Part shown: positions 27,157 through 35,986 of the stretch, one piece after another
Layout: each line of letters opens with the position of its first letter
Numbering within the stretch: the first letter of the stretch is position 1
UHGV virus genome: UHGV-0334473
Origin: a virus
Length of the DNA stretch: 37,645 bases
Reading direction: 5' to 3' (one strand)
The notes under the pieces: generated by a model
Told to the model about the DNA's origin: nothing
Seen by the model: the letters and a program-made list of their open reading frames with translations, nothing else
Databases searched by the model: none
Program-made: the position numbers and the translations under genes

Positions 27157-27277
27157 TTCGGAAAAAATGTAACAGGTTTCTTAGAAAATATTTTAGTGTT
27201 TTTAAAGAAGTATTTACGCAAAATAGAAATCGATTTCAGGAAAACCGAAATATGCGCTTGACTTCGGAAAAACCGAA
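27157..27277. promoter_or_regulatory. divergent repressor/cro control region with operators TTCGGaaaaaCCGAA (perfect at 27263-27277, variant 27235-27249, half-site 27157-27167) and rightward promoter TTGACT-17-TATAAT (27258-27286)
   Basis: Repeated palindromic 15-mer overlapping promoter spacer between divergent cI-like and cro-like genes. Confidence 0.6.
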
Positions 27278-27322
27278 GTATATAATTTAGTCAGAAAGTT
27301 AAAGAGAGGAGGCGAATAAAAT

Positions 27323-27589
27323 ATGGATACCGCGAAGAAAGAAAAATATACATTGAGACAATTAAGAGCTTTAAAGGGTTATTCAAAAGAAGAACTGTCA
27401 AGGAAAAGCAAAGTGACATCAAGAACAATATTTATTTACGAAAACGATGTAGATAAAATGAGGAACGGAAAGTACGCCACTCTAGAAAAAATTGCTAAGG
27501 CATTGGGTGTTAGAGTTTCCGATATTTTTTTAGACCCTGATTCGGAAAAACCGAAATCAATAACAGGTGAAACAAAACAAGTCAGCTAG
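27323..27589 (+). CDS. Cro-like XRE-family HTH regulator
   Basis: 88 aa HTH protein divergent from repressor. Confidence 0.7.
   Translation: MDTAKKEKYTLRQLRALKGYSKEELSRKSKVTSRTIFIYENDVDKMRNGKYATLEKIAKALGVRVSDIFLDPDSEKPKSITGETKQVS
27541..27555. promoter_or_regulatory. fourth, perfect operator copy (TTCGGAAAAACCGAA) inside the 3' end of the cro-like gene
   Basis: Exact copy of O1, 264 bp downstream. Confidence 0.5.
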
Positions 27590-27601
27590 GAGGTGTGAAT
27601 A

Positions 27602-27760
27602 GTGGAAGAGAAGAATATAAAAGTACCGACTCTTGAAGAATATACAAAAATTGTTGTCGAAACAGACGAGCAGAACCCGAAAACAATCGCAGTTATTACG
27701 GCGAATGATATTGAATCATGCGAAGGTTTTCGAGTTCGAATGACCCCTAGATATGATTAA
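27602..27760 (+). CDS. small protein (52 aa) ending ...GFRVRMTPRYD; paralogue of 28371-28526
   Basis: GTG 7 nt after AGGAGGTG; stop overlaps convergent DUF2188 gene at TTAA. Confidence 0.45.
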   Translation: MEEKNIKVPTLEEYTKIVVETDEQNPKTIAVITANDIESCEGFRVRMTPRYD

Positions 27761-27987
27761 TGTTCTTTATCACGTGGAGGTATAGGATCGTTTCCAAAAC
27801 TATCTTTTGATTGTATTTGTCCATTCTTTTTTTGGACAATAAACTCTGATTGCTGTTTTTTAGAAATCTTTTTACCATACTCAACAGCATCTGATTTATT
27901 ATCAAATAGTTTTGTATCTTCGGAATTACCTTCACCACGTACAGCCCATTTGCCATTTCTAGGAGATACCCATTGATTTTTACCCAT
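27757..27987 (-). CDS. DUF2188-family small protein
   Basis: MGKNQWVSPRNGKWAVRGEGNSE...SKDSFGNDPIPPRD matches DUF2188 pattern; RBS GAGGTGAA. Confidence 0.65.
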   Translation of the reverse strand: MGKNQWVSPRNGKWAVRGEGNSEDTKLFDNKSDAVEYGKKISKKQQSEFIVQKKNGQIQSKDSFGNDPIPPRDKEH

Positions 27988-28058
27988 AACAATTCACCTC
28001 GCTTTCAAGTTAATTCTATTAAGAGGTGAAAAGAAAACAAACTGATGGAGGTGAGATT

Positions 28059-28214
28059 GTGAGTAACAAGCCAAAAATCACTTTGAATGGCACACCTAAT
28101 CTTCAAAGATTAGCAGATGAAATGGCTAGAATACGTTCTAGACATTGGGGAGTTACTGTGGTGGCAACCATAATTGAACAAAAAGAAAAGCCCACACAGC
28201 CGGCAAGCAAGTAG
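28059..28214 (+). CDS. hypothetical small basic protein (about 51 aa)
   Basis: GTG 5 nt after GGAGGTG; track ORF extends to 28026. Confidence 0.35.
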   Translation: MSNKPKITLNGTPNLQRLADEMARIRSRHWGVTVVATIIEQKEKPTQPASK

Positions 28215-28370
28215 TGGGCACCATAGAACAATAATATTATATCACACACTCGCCACTTCCGAAAAGAGGAGTTGCTGCTCTCCTTTCAAGTTTGCCAAAG
28301 TCCACGTTTCTTCATTTTGGCAACTCCTCTTCTTGGAGGTGGTGACGGCGAGAGACGAAGGAGGGATGAC

Positions 28371-28526
28371 ATGAAGGAAGAATCAAAAATAGGGATTTTG
28401 AATGAGAACAATTACACAAGATTAATTATTGAAACAGAAGAAGGGGAAAAAGTAGCAGAAGTTACATTGACCGATGCAACTCCTGCTGACGGTTATCGTA
28501 TTCGATTAACTCCTAAATATGATTAA
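28371..28526 (+). CDS. small protein (51 aa) ending ...GYRIRLTPKYD; paralogue of 27602-27760
   Basis: ATG after AGGAGGGA; stop overlaps convergent DUF2188 gene at TTAA. Confidence 0.5.
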   Translation: MKEESKIGILNENNYTRLIIETEEGEKVAEVTLTDATPADGYRIRLTPKYD

Positions 28527-28762
28527 CCTTTTGGTGGGTGTGGATCGTTTCCGTGACTATCACGGCTTTGAATTTTTCCATCTCTGCCATGAATAAATAG
28601 CTCAGATCCTTGATTTTTAGAAATCTCTCTAGCGATTTTTACTGCTTCTGATTTTGTATTAGTATGTGCAGTCGCTTTAGAATTTCCAGCACCTTTGACA
28701 TTCCAACCACCATTGGAATTAGGTACAACATGTTGATTTTTTCCCATAGTTTTCACCTCCAT
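28523..28762 (-). CDS. DUF2188-family small protein (second copy)
   Basis: MGKNQHVVPNSNGGWNVKGAGNSKA...SRDSHGNDPHPPKG; RBS GGAGGTGAAAACT. Confidence 0.7.
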   Translation of the reverse strand: MEVKTMGKNQHVVPNSNGGWNVKGAGNSKATAHTNTKSEAVKIAREISKNQGSELFIHGRDGKIQSRDSHGNDPHPPKG

Positions 28763-28835
28763 TTCTATAGAAATATTTTATCAAATAGAAATGGAGAAAT
28801 TCAATAAACGAAAGGAGGGATCAAATGACATTACA

Positions 28836-28964
28836 AGAGCATCAACACTTGATGCGAAAACTAAATCAGGAATACCACGAGGAAATGAAACCTAGATTGC
28901 TAGGGGAACAATGGCGTGAACGCCAGAAGAAGTGGTTAGAAATAAAAAAGTGACTCAGCCGTCC
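28836..28964 (+). CDS. hypothetical 42-aa basic protein
   Basis: ATG after AAAGGAGGG; stop inside GTGACTCA...TGAGTCAC hairpin. Confidence 0.35.
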
Positions 28965-29013
28965 AAAGCAATGAGTCACAAACCAAAAATTATACCTAAG
29001 GAGATTTTATCAC

Positions 29014-29349
29014 ATGAATAAGAAAATTGAAAATCTTATCGAAGAATTGAAACGTGAATGCCAAAAGCAAGGTGTTTCTATTATTTGTACAGCCCAAAAA
29101 GAAGGGGAACTTAAAAGTCTCGTTTATGGTGAGACAACAGAAATTTTACTTTGTCTTGCTATGCAAGAAGAACATTTAGATGAAAATCTCCCATTGTCAG
29201 CACATATTATGCGTAGAATTGCTGTGGATGCTTACGAACAAGCGAAAAATGAAGAAGAAAATCAACCTTCAAATCATACTTTTGTTATTAATAACAAGGA
29301 AGATTTAGCTGATGTGATGACTCGTATTCTCAAGGGGGAATTTCAATGA
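29014..29349 (+). CDS. hypothetical protein
   Basis: 111 aa ORF in early region. Confidence 0.5.
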   Translation: MNKKIENLIEELKRECQKQGVSIICTAQKEGELKSLVYGETTEILLCLAMQEEHLDENLPLSAHIMRRIAVDAYEQAKNEEENQPSNHTFVINNKEDLADVMTRILKGEFQ

Positions 29350-29513
29350 TGAATGAAAAAACAATTGATCTACTCATTATTTTATTTTTCACGTTAGTGA
29401 TTGTAGCGAAAAGTTATGTAATCTTTGGCTTGTTATTCGCAATTACCATGCTTGTGCTTTGCGTGTTAGCAAGCAGAAAAGAGGTTAAACATGAACGAGT
29501 TAGCAAATCTTGA
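29346..29513 (+). CDS. small membrane protein (55 aa, one or two TM)
   Basis: ATGA overlap with previous stop; strongly hydrophobic core. Confidence 0.4.
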   Translation: MMNEKTIDLLIILFFTLVIVAKSYVIFGLLFAITMLVLCVLASRKEVKHERVSKS

Positions 29514-29581
29514 CAACTATTTAACTGATCCTGATTATGCTAAACCACCATATGAAGCGCCAATTGATGAGGAGGATGAAG

Positions 29582-30523
29582 ATGAGTAAATCTACCTTAG
29601 AAATGAGCCATCAAGAATGGCTCGAAGACCGCAAAAGAGGTATTGGTGGCTCAGATGTTGCAACCGTACTTGGATTAAACAAATACAAATCTCCTTATCA
29701 ATTGTGGCTTGAGAAAACGGGTCAAATTGAATTGAAAGATTTAGAAAGCGAACCAGCTTATTGGGGTAATGTTTTAGAAGAAGTGGTTGCTAAAGAGTTT
29801 CAGGAACGTACAGGCAAAAAAGTACGCAGAAGAAACCAAGTATTTGAACATCCATTACATCCATTTTTAAGAGCAAATATTGATCGGGAAGTAGTGGGAG
29901 AAAATGCCATTCTGGAATGTAAAACAGCCAATCAATTTCTCGGAAAAGAGTGGGAAGGCGAAGAGGTACCGCTTAGCTATCTCTGTCAAGTTCAGCATTA
30001 CATGAACGTTTTAAACAAAGACTATTGTTATATCGCTGTTTTGATCGGTGGACAAAAATTCATTTGGAAGCGGATTGAACGAGATCAAGAGCTGATCGAT
30101 ACAATCACTGAACAATTAGTAGAGTTTTGGGAAACGAACGTTCTTGGAGGTATCGAGCCTGTAATTGACGGAAGTGAAGCGACTGCTGATTTCTTAAAAG
30201 AAAAATATGCAGATGTAGAAGAAAATCAAACAGCTCTACCATCACGTTTTGATGAACTTATCGAGCAAAAAAGAGAACTCAAGCGGACGAAAAAAGAAAT
30301 TGAATCAGCTATCCGTCAAGTAGACAACGAGATCATCAGTGAGCTAGGTAAACGTGAAGCCAGTATCGGTATCACTCAAAAAAACATCATCAGTTGGAAA
30401 CTTGTCCGTACGAGACGTATGAACTCGAAGAAACTAGCAGAGAAATATCCAGATGTCGCAAATGATGAAGAGATTTATAACGTTACTGAATCAAGAAGGC
30501 TAACCGAAAAGGAGATCAAATAA
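29582..30523 (+). CDS. YqaJ-type viral recombination exonuclease (lambda Exo-like, PD-(D/E)XK)
   Basis: IGGSDVATVLGLNKYKSPYQLWLEKTG motif; ATG 29582 after GAGGAGG; track start 29537. Confidence 0.8.
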   Translation: MSKSTLEMSHQEWLEDRKRGIGGSDVATVLGLNKYKSPYQLWLEKTGQIELKDLESEPAYWGNVLEEVVAKEFQERTGKKVRRRNQVFEHPLHPFLRANIDREVVGENAILECKTANQFLGKEWEGEEVPLSYLCQVQHYMNVLNKDYCYIAVLIGGQKFIWKRIERDQELIDTITEQLVEFWETNVLGGIEPVIDGSEATADFLKEKYADVEENQTALPSRFDELIEQKRELKRTKKEIESAIRQVDNEIISELGKREASIGITQKNIISWKLVRTRRMNSKKLAEKYPDVANDEEIYNVTESRRLTEKEIK

Positions 30524-30524
30524 T

Positions 30525-31412
30525 ATGGCAACAAATGAATCGTTAAAAAAACAACTGACTGAACAAAATACTCAAGTGGTTGACCCATCAAAGTTAGGCT
30601 TTAAAGCTTTGATGAGTACGCCAGCAATGAAGAAAAAATTTACTGATATTCTACATGAAAAATCGGATTCTTTTATGGGATCGCTCATGACTTTAGTTGG
30701 TGGCGATAACTATCTATCTAAAGCTGAACCAATGACCATTATTGCTTCCGCACTAAAAGCAGCAACTATGGATCTACCCATCGACAAAAATTTAGGATAT
30801 GCCTATGTTGTTCCATTCAATAGAAAAGAAAAAGTTGGAAATGAATGGATTACACATAATGAAGCACAATTTATCTTGGGGTATAAGGGCTATATTCAGC
30901 TAGCACAACGATCTGGTCAATACAAAGCGCTAAATGCTTTAGAAATATACGAAGGTCAGTTGATTGACTGGAATCCCCTCACAGAAGAATTTCAATTCGA
31001 TTATAAAGCCAAACAATCTGATACAGTCATCGGTTATGTAGGTTTCTTCGAATTATTAAATGGATTCAAAAAAACAGTTTATTGGACCAAACAAGAAATT
31101 GAAAGCCATCGGATCAAGAACGCTAAAGGCTTTGACAAAGAGAAATTAACAGGTGCTTGGAAAGATAATTACGATGCAATGGCTATTAAGACAGTATTAC
31201 GTAACCTTCTTTCAAAATGGGGAATTTTGTCAGTAGAGATGCAAACGGCAGTTACTTCAGATGAGAAAGTTTTCCGATTAGATGAAAACGAAAATTTGAT
31301 TGAAGAAACGACTTTGTCAGAAGTTGAACCAGAACTAAAAGAGGCAGAACCTGTTGCAGAAGATGTACAAACTGGATTATTTGATGCATCTAATCCGCCG
31401 TTAAACAAATAA
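30525..31412 (+). CDS. recT: RecT-family single-strand annealing protein
   Basis: 295 aa, adjacent to exonuclease; RecT-like central region and acidic C-tail. Confidence 0.75.
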   Translation: MATNESLKKQLTEQNTQVVDPSKLGFKALMSTPAMKKKFTDILHEKSDSFMGSLMTLVGGDNYLSKAEPMTIIASALKAATMDLPIDKNLGYAYVVPFNRKEKVGNEWITHNEAQFILGYKGYIQLAQRSGQYKALNALEIYEGQLIDWNPLTEEFQFDYKAKQSDTVIGYVGFFELLNGFKKTVYWTKQEIESHRIKNAKGFDKEKLTGAWKDNYDAMAIKTVLRNLLSKWGILSVEMQTAVTSDEKVFRLDENENLIEETTLSEVEPELKEAEPVAEDVQTGLFDASNPPLNK

Positions 31413-31454
31413 TGAGGGAGCTTTCTCCCTTGCTTTTCTAGAGGAGAAATACGA

Positions 31455-32255
31455 ATGAACACAGGATATGTCAAATTACATCGAAAAGTGATGAATTCAT
31501 TCGTTTGGACCAATCCTTATATGTATAAATTATGGAGCTTGTGTTTGATGAAAGCGAGTCATGAGAATCGCAAGATTCTTTTTAATGGAAAAGAGATACA
31601 AGTGAACAGCGGAGAATTCGTCACAGGGCGCGATGCTATCACATCTGAGATGAACGAAGGTGTGAAACGTGAACATCAAGTGAACAGCGGTTCTGTATGG
31701 AGATGGCTAAAACAATTTGAAAAAAACGGAATGTTGAACATCAAATCAACTACGAAATACAGCGTTATATCAATAAAAAACTGGTCTTTGTACCAAAGCA
31801 GTGAACAACAAATGAACATCAAACGCACAACAAGTGAACAACAAGTGCACACAAACAAGAATGAAAAGAATTATAAGAATGAAAAGAATAATAAAACATC
31901 ATCGTCGCAACCACGCAAAAAGCGTGTTTACGACACCGACTCAGTTTACTACATTCTCGCGGAGGAGTTATTCAAACAGATTTGTCAGAATCAGGAAATC
32001 AAAAAGCCGAATCTGCAAAGTTGGGCAGATGACATTCGGAAAATGATCGAGATCGACAAGCGGACCGAAAACCAGGTACGGGGAATGATTGAATGGAGTC
32101 AGCACAATGTGTTTTGGGCATCGAATATTTTATCTGCTAAAAAATTGCGAGAAAAATACGACACAATGGCAGCGCAAGCAAATCGTGATTATAAAACAAA
32201 ACAAACTAAAACGCTTGAATACGAGAAATTTAGCACAGATGAGTTGCCTATTTGA
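31455..32255 (+). CDS. phage replisome organiser (N-terminal DnaD-like replication initiation domain)
   Basis: N-terminus VKLHRKVMNSFVWTNPYMYKLWSLCLMKASH matches phage_rep_org_N pattern. Confidence 0.7.
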   Translation: MNTGYVKLHRKVMNSFVWTNPYMYKLWSLCLMKASHENRKILFNGKEIQVNSGEFVTGRDAITSEMNEGVKREHQVNSGSVWRWLKQFEKNGMLNIKSTTKYSVISIKNWSLYQSSEQQMNIKRTTSEQQVHTNKNEKNYKNEKNNKTSSSQPRKKRVYDTDSVYYILAEELFKQICQNQEIKKPNLQSWADDIRKMIEIDKRTENQVRGMIEWSQHNVFWASNILSAKKLREKYDTMAAQANRDYKTKQTKTLEYEKFSTDELPI

Positions 32256-32269
32256 GAGGAGGCGTAGGC

Positions 32270-33121
32270 ATGGAAACTGTTGGGGAAATCATGGAAAAGC
32301 TGATACAGAAAGTGCTTGTCCAACGTGGCGAATGTCCTGAATGCGGACAGCCTTTGTATGGATGGCGTACGAAGAACCCTGATGGCTCAGAACGTTGTAA
32401 GCCAACCTGTATGCAATGTGGGTATAAAGCATTGCGAGTTCAGGAAGACTTACAAACAGAACGAATTTACAACGAGAGCCTGAAAGCAAGAGCAATCAAT
32501 TTTTTCAAAGGTGGTTCTGTTGTGCCTAATCAAGCGTTGTTTGATTGCACATTGCAGAATTATCAAATTGTCGATCAAGAAACAAGACAAGCGGTTGAAG
32601 TAACCAAACGCTTTGTTAATTCAGTCTTGTTAGGAAATCCAAGTCACCTTGTTTTAACTGGAAAACAAGGAACAGGTAAAAGTCACCTAGCGATGGCAGC
32701 GGCTTGGGAAGTCTTGAAGCGATCAAACTACGATAAAAAAATCTTATTTATCGGGTTACAGGAAATGCTGGATCAAATCAAATTTTCGTACAACAATCCT
32801 GAACTCAGAAAAACGATTGAGGGATCGTTGATTGCAGATATCAAAACAGCGGATTTAGTCATCATTGATGATATCGGTTCAGAACTAGGAAAAGATGCAT
32901 CAGATAGTCGAGCGTTTGGCATAAACACGCTAAATTCGTTCTTGGATGCACGACAGAACCTAGCAACGATTATCACAACGAACTTGCTTGGTGAAGAACT
33001 GAAAAAAGCTTACGGTACGAGAACAATATCAAGAATGTTTGTCAACTCTGATGGATTTACGATGGTATTTTCTCAAACAGCAGACAAGCGCATAAAACCA
33101 GTCAAAGGAGCGATCGCATGA
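32270..33121 (+). CDS. DnaC/IstB-like helicase loader ATPase with N-terminal zinc ribbon
   Basis: Walker A GKQGTGKSHLAMA, Walker B VIIDDIG; CPECGQ...CMQCGY; ATG 32270 after GAGGAGG. Confidence 0.8.
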   Translation: METVGEIMEKLIQKVLVQRGECPECGQPLYGWRTKNPDGSERCKPTCMQCGYKALRVQEDLQTERIYNESLKARAINFFKGGSVVPNQALFDCTLQNYQIVDQETRQAVEVTKRFVNSVLLGNPSHLVLTGKQGTGKSHLAMAAAWEVLKRSNYDKKILFIGLQEMLDQIKFSYNNPELRKTIEGSLIADIKTADLVIIDDIGSELGKDASDSRAFGINTLNSFLDARQNLATIITTNLLGEELKKAYGTRTISRMFVNSDGFTMVFSQTADKRIKPVKGAIA

Positions 33122-33435
33122 ATTTGACTAAACAAGAAAAAAGAATCTGTCGTCAGATAATGTTGCAAATTATAGGTGATCGTGACATGGACGAATTATC
33201 TCAACAAGAGAGTCGAATGGTTCGGAAGATAAGTAAGCTAATCGGTGCAGATACGATGGATCGATCCAAGCCATTACCCAAACTGAATTTTGAATCATTT
33301 ACGTTTGAGAAATATAGCCATCTGAGAGAGGTAGGCTATAGTGTAAATGCTATTCGAAAAGCACTTGGGGTAGGAAGTAGTGTATGGGCAAAATGGCGGA
33401 AAGAAAATGTAAATGAGGTAAATCAAAATGATTAA
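33118..33435 (+). CDS. hypothetical protein with C-terminal HTH-like region
   Basis: 105 aa ORF overlapping previous stop. Confidence 0.45.
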   Translation: MNLTKQEKRICRQIMLQIIGDRDMDELSQQESRMVRKISKLIGADTMDRSKPLPKLNFESFTFEKYSHLREVGYSVNAIRKALGVGSSVWAKWRKENVNEVNQND

Positions 33436-33610
33436 GCTAATAGGCAAAGAGACGCTCAAGGTTTACTATGTAGCGGAAACAAAGGCAGAAGTCAGCCGTT
33501 GGCTATTGAAAATGTTTAATAAGACTAGAGCCAATGCTTCAGTAAGTCAGAAAGCAAGTGTATCAGAAACAGGCATGCCTGAAGCAATGTGGATTTCAAG
33601 GAGGAACTGA
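33428..33610 (+). CDS. hypothetical small protein
   Basis: 60 aa ORF. Confidence 0.35.
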   Translation: MIKLIGKETLKVYYVAETKAEVSRWLLKMFNKTRANASVSQKASVSETGMPEAMWISRRN

Positions 33611-33611
33611 G

Positions 33612-34079
33612 ATGGCAATGATACCGAAGTTTAGAGCGTGGGATAGAGAAAAAGACAGAATGATTTATCCTAGCACGACAGGAGTTTGTTTTGAAATGAA
33701 TGATGATGGTATAAGTGTGCTTGATATTGATGTAGATTATCCCAATGACTATGGTTTTCCCAAAATAGCTTCAATCCTCATGCAATCTACCACTCTGAAG
33801 GATAAGAATGGTGTGGAGATATTTGAGGGGGATATAGCGCTTATCACTCATAAATCAACGAACTACGCCGATACTTATTGGCACAGTTACGTAGAAGTTT
33901 TTAGAGCAAAAAACGGAGCCTACAGAATTCGCGGTGAACACATCTACGAAACAGAATTATATAGTAATAGAAAACAATTGACGGTAGCGGGGAATATTTA
34001 TAATTCACCAGAACTTTTGAAGAGAGATCGATTTATGACTACTACCGAAAATCCAGAGTTATTGGGGGAGGAACAGTAA
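33612..34079 (+). CDS. YopX-family phage protein
   Basis: MIPKFRAWD...LMQSTTLKDKNGVEIFEGDI matches YopX signature; ATG after GGAGGAAC. Confidence 0.7.
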   Translation: MAMIPKFRAWDREKDRMIYPSTTGVCFEMNDDGISVLDIDVDYPNDYGFPKIASILMQSTTLKDKNGVEIFEGDIALITHKSTNYADTYWHSYVEVFRAKNGAYRIRGEHIYETELYSNRKQLTVAGNIYNSPELLKRDRFMTTTENPELLGEEQ

Positions 34080-34693
34080 TGAATAAACAGGAGGAAACAA
34101 TCAAAAAATTAGAAAGTATTAAAGCGATAGGAAATGATGCAATAGCTGCTTGCTATAACGAGAGTATGAATGCAGGTATTACGTTAATGAAAAAACTAGA
34201 CGAACCGCAGAAACACGTTATGCCGAAGTTTTTTGATGATTGGGCAAAACGAGTTATAGCAAAACATGACGAGTTTTATGCTATTTCACTTGTTGCACGT
34301 GCAGGTTGGGGATATGGTGTTGATTTTGAACTTAGCGAGAACGGATTATCATCAGAAAACAAAGAGCTGTTGTACTGGCTTGTTGATAAATGCAGCGGCA
34401 ATTATCCTAATAAAAAGAAAGCAATAGAAGCTTTGTTATACGGCTATGAGGTCGAGAAAGAGCCGTTGTATTATGTGAGACTACCATATGAAGTTTGGGA
34501 TGAAGAGACAGCGGAGCTTAAAACAGAGTATTTGTATCTACATTATGAGATCACAAGTGATGAAACTAGAATATTTCCTACAAAAGAACCTAGAAAAGGT
34601 TTTGTCGCAAAATTAGATGAACTTACGATTAAATCAGCAGATGAAAGATACTGGCCGTTCGCTGTGCCAGTGGAAGAGGAGGCAGAAGGATGA
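34079..34693 (+). CDS. hypothetical phage protein
   Basis: 204 aa ORF overlapping previous stop. Confidence 0.5.
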   Translation: MNKQEETIKKLESIKAIGNDAIAACYNESMNAGITLMKKLDEPQKHVMPKFFDDWAKRVIAKHDEFYAISLVARAGWGYGVDFELSENGLSSENKELLYWLVDKCSGNYPNKKKAIEALLYGYEVEKEPLYYVRLPYEVWDEETAELKTEYLYLHYEITSDETRIFPTKEPRKGFVAKLDELTIKSADERYWPFAVPVEEEAEG

Positions 34694-34761
34694 GTGAAGA
34701 TGAATACTTTGAACAGTAGTCTATTAACGACAGAGATTTTTAACTGGAAAGGGGTGTAGTC

Positions 34762-34956
34762 ATGGACGCATCGGAAGTAGTAAATAAAATTAATAGTCTC
34801 AAAGAGGTTTTCGGAGACGTCGAAGTAGTGATAAACGCACAAGGCTATGAAAACGGATTTTTTAAGCAGATTACCGACATTAGCATTCAGCAAGGAATGG
34901 AAGACGAAGATGGAAACTTTATCGATGAAGTAGCCATTTTAGTGACTTGCGAGTAA
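34762..34956 (+). CDS. hypothetical small protein
   Basis: 64 aa. Confidence 0.4.
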   Translation: MDASEVVNKINSLKEVFGDVEVVINAQGYENGFFKQITDISIQQGMEDEDGNFIDEVAILVTCE

Positions 34957-34990
34957 GTAATTGACAGCTAAAGAGGAGGAAGCGGAATGA

Positions 34991-35212
34991 ATGTTCAAAA
35001 TAGCATTTTATCTGTTCGATTACACAGATGATTCGTTTAAGAAAGTTTATTTCCATCACTGGAATGATAGCAAGCCAGTTTTTACAAAAAACAAGAGGAG
35101 AGCTCAGGAGTATTTTGATGAAAGATCAGCAAACAAAGATATAGCGCAGTTAAGAAAAGTAGAATCACCATCTGCTAAAACATTATCTATAAAATTGGAG
35201 GAAAAAGAATGA
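34991..35212 (+). CDS. hypothetical small protein
   Basis: 73 aa. Confidence 0.4.
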   Translation: MFKIAFYLFDYTDDSFKKVYFHHWNDSKPVFTKNKRRAQEYFDERSANKDIAQLRKVESPSAKTLSIKLEEKE

Positions 35213-35418
35213 AGATTTATGTAGTAAAGTTTGGAAATCAATTTTACAGAAGTGATGAACGTTCTATAGGGGCTAACACATTATCCATTGTAGACATACT
35301 CCAAAGTGCAAGATGGTTTGATAATCTCGAAGAAGCTAACCAAGTTTCACGACGACTTGGTGGATTAACGCAAGTATATGAACTGGTCACTATCGATCAT
35401 GAGGGGGTAGAAAGATGA
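35209..35418 (+). CDS. hypothetical small protein
   Basis: 69 aa, overlapping stops/starts. Confidence 0.4.
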   Translation: MKIYVVKFGNQFYRSDERSIGANTLSIVDILQSARWFDNLEEANQVSRRLGGLTQVYELVTIDHEGVER

Positions 35419-35702
35419 AACTAAAAGACGGATTTTACACTGATGCTTATGGAATTGGTGGTTTGATGATGGATCTACCAACTAAGAATCCTATAAAGCA
35501 AGAGGAATCAGAAATTAAAGTCGGCGATATGGTTCGTTGTATAGTGGAAGAGTTCATTCATCCAATTAGAGGGTGTGTAGAACGTGTGTACAATCATTCA
35601 GCAGTTATTCGTATTGAGAATACGATGGACTGTGACAAAGAGCTAGCGAAGAGCAAAGCGAATATTGCAGTTGTTCGATTAGTGGATATGAAGGCTATAT
35701 AA
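35415..35702 (+). CDS. hypothetical protein
   Basis: 95 aa. Confidence 0.45.
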   Translation: MKLKDGFYTDAYGIGGLMMDLPTKNPIKQEESEIKVGDMVRCIVEEFIHPIRGCVERVYNHSAVIRIENTMDCDKELAKSKANIAVVRLVDMKAI

Positions 35703-35734
35703 ACAGCGAAAAAATGTACTTCTAAGAGAAAAAT

Positions 35735-35986
35735 TTATTTTTTATAAAAATAGGAAAGTATCATTATGAAAAAGACCACAGAGATAAATAAACCTACCAC
35801 ATAAAAAATGAATATTTCTTGCGATTCAATATAGGTATATTTAACAATTTGTACAATAAAAAATACTATAGGTAAAAAAGATAACATGAGGAGCTTATTT
35901 GTTCTAGAGTGTTTGACAAAGTAACAAAATGCGACGATACCAATACAAACGGGAATCCAAAATAACAGCATGCTCCACATAGTCAC
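35735..35986 (-). CDS. small 3-TM membrane protein on the opposite strand (moron-like)
   Basis: 83 aa, three hydrophobic helices; AGGAGA 7 nt before GTG; TGaTATTAT extended -10 upstream on minus strand. Confidence 0.5.
   Translation of the reverse strand: MTMWSMLLFWIPVCIGIVAFCYFVKHSRTNKLLMLSFLPIVFFIVQIVKYTYIESQEIFIFYVVGLFISVVFFIMILSYFYKK

Noticed and set aside
28174-28374. 66-aa ORF (MNKKKSPHSRQASSGHHRT...)
   Set aside because: No SD, odd composition (Ser/His/Cys-rich), and it covers a strongly structured inverted-repeat region. More likely non-coding.
28951-28985. GTGACTCA-14nt-TGAGTCAC hairpin as a plus-strand terminator of the 42-aa ORF
   Set aside because: No T-tract on the plus strand. 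A U-tract exists only on the minus strand, where there is no obvious upstream gene. Left as an unexplained hairpin, possibly an insulator against antisense transcription.
31834-32340. Alternative-frame ORFs inside the replisome-organiser/DnaC genes (31834-32046, 32089-32340)
   Set aside because: Same-strand overlaps with strongly supported genes; basic low-complexity translations; spurious.
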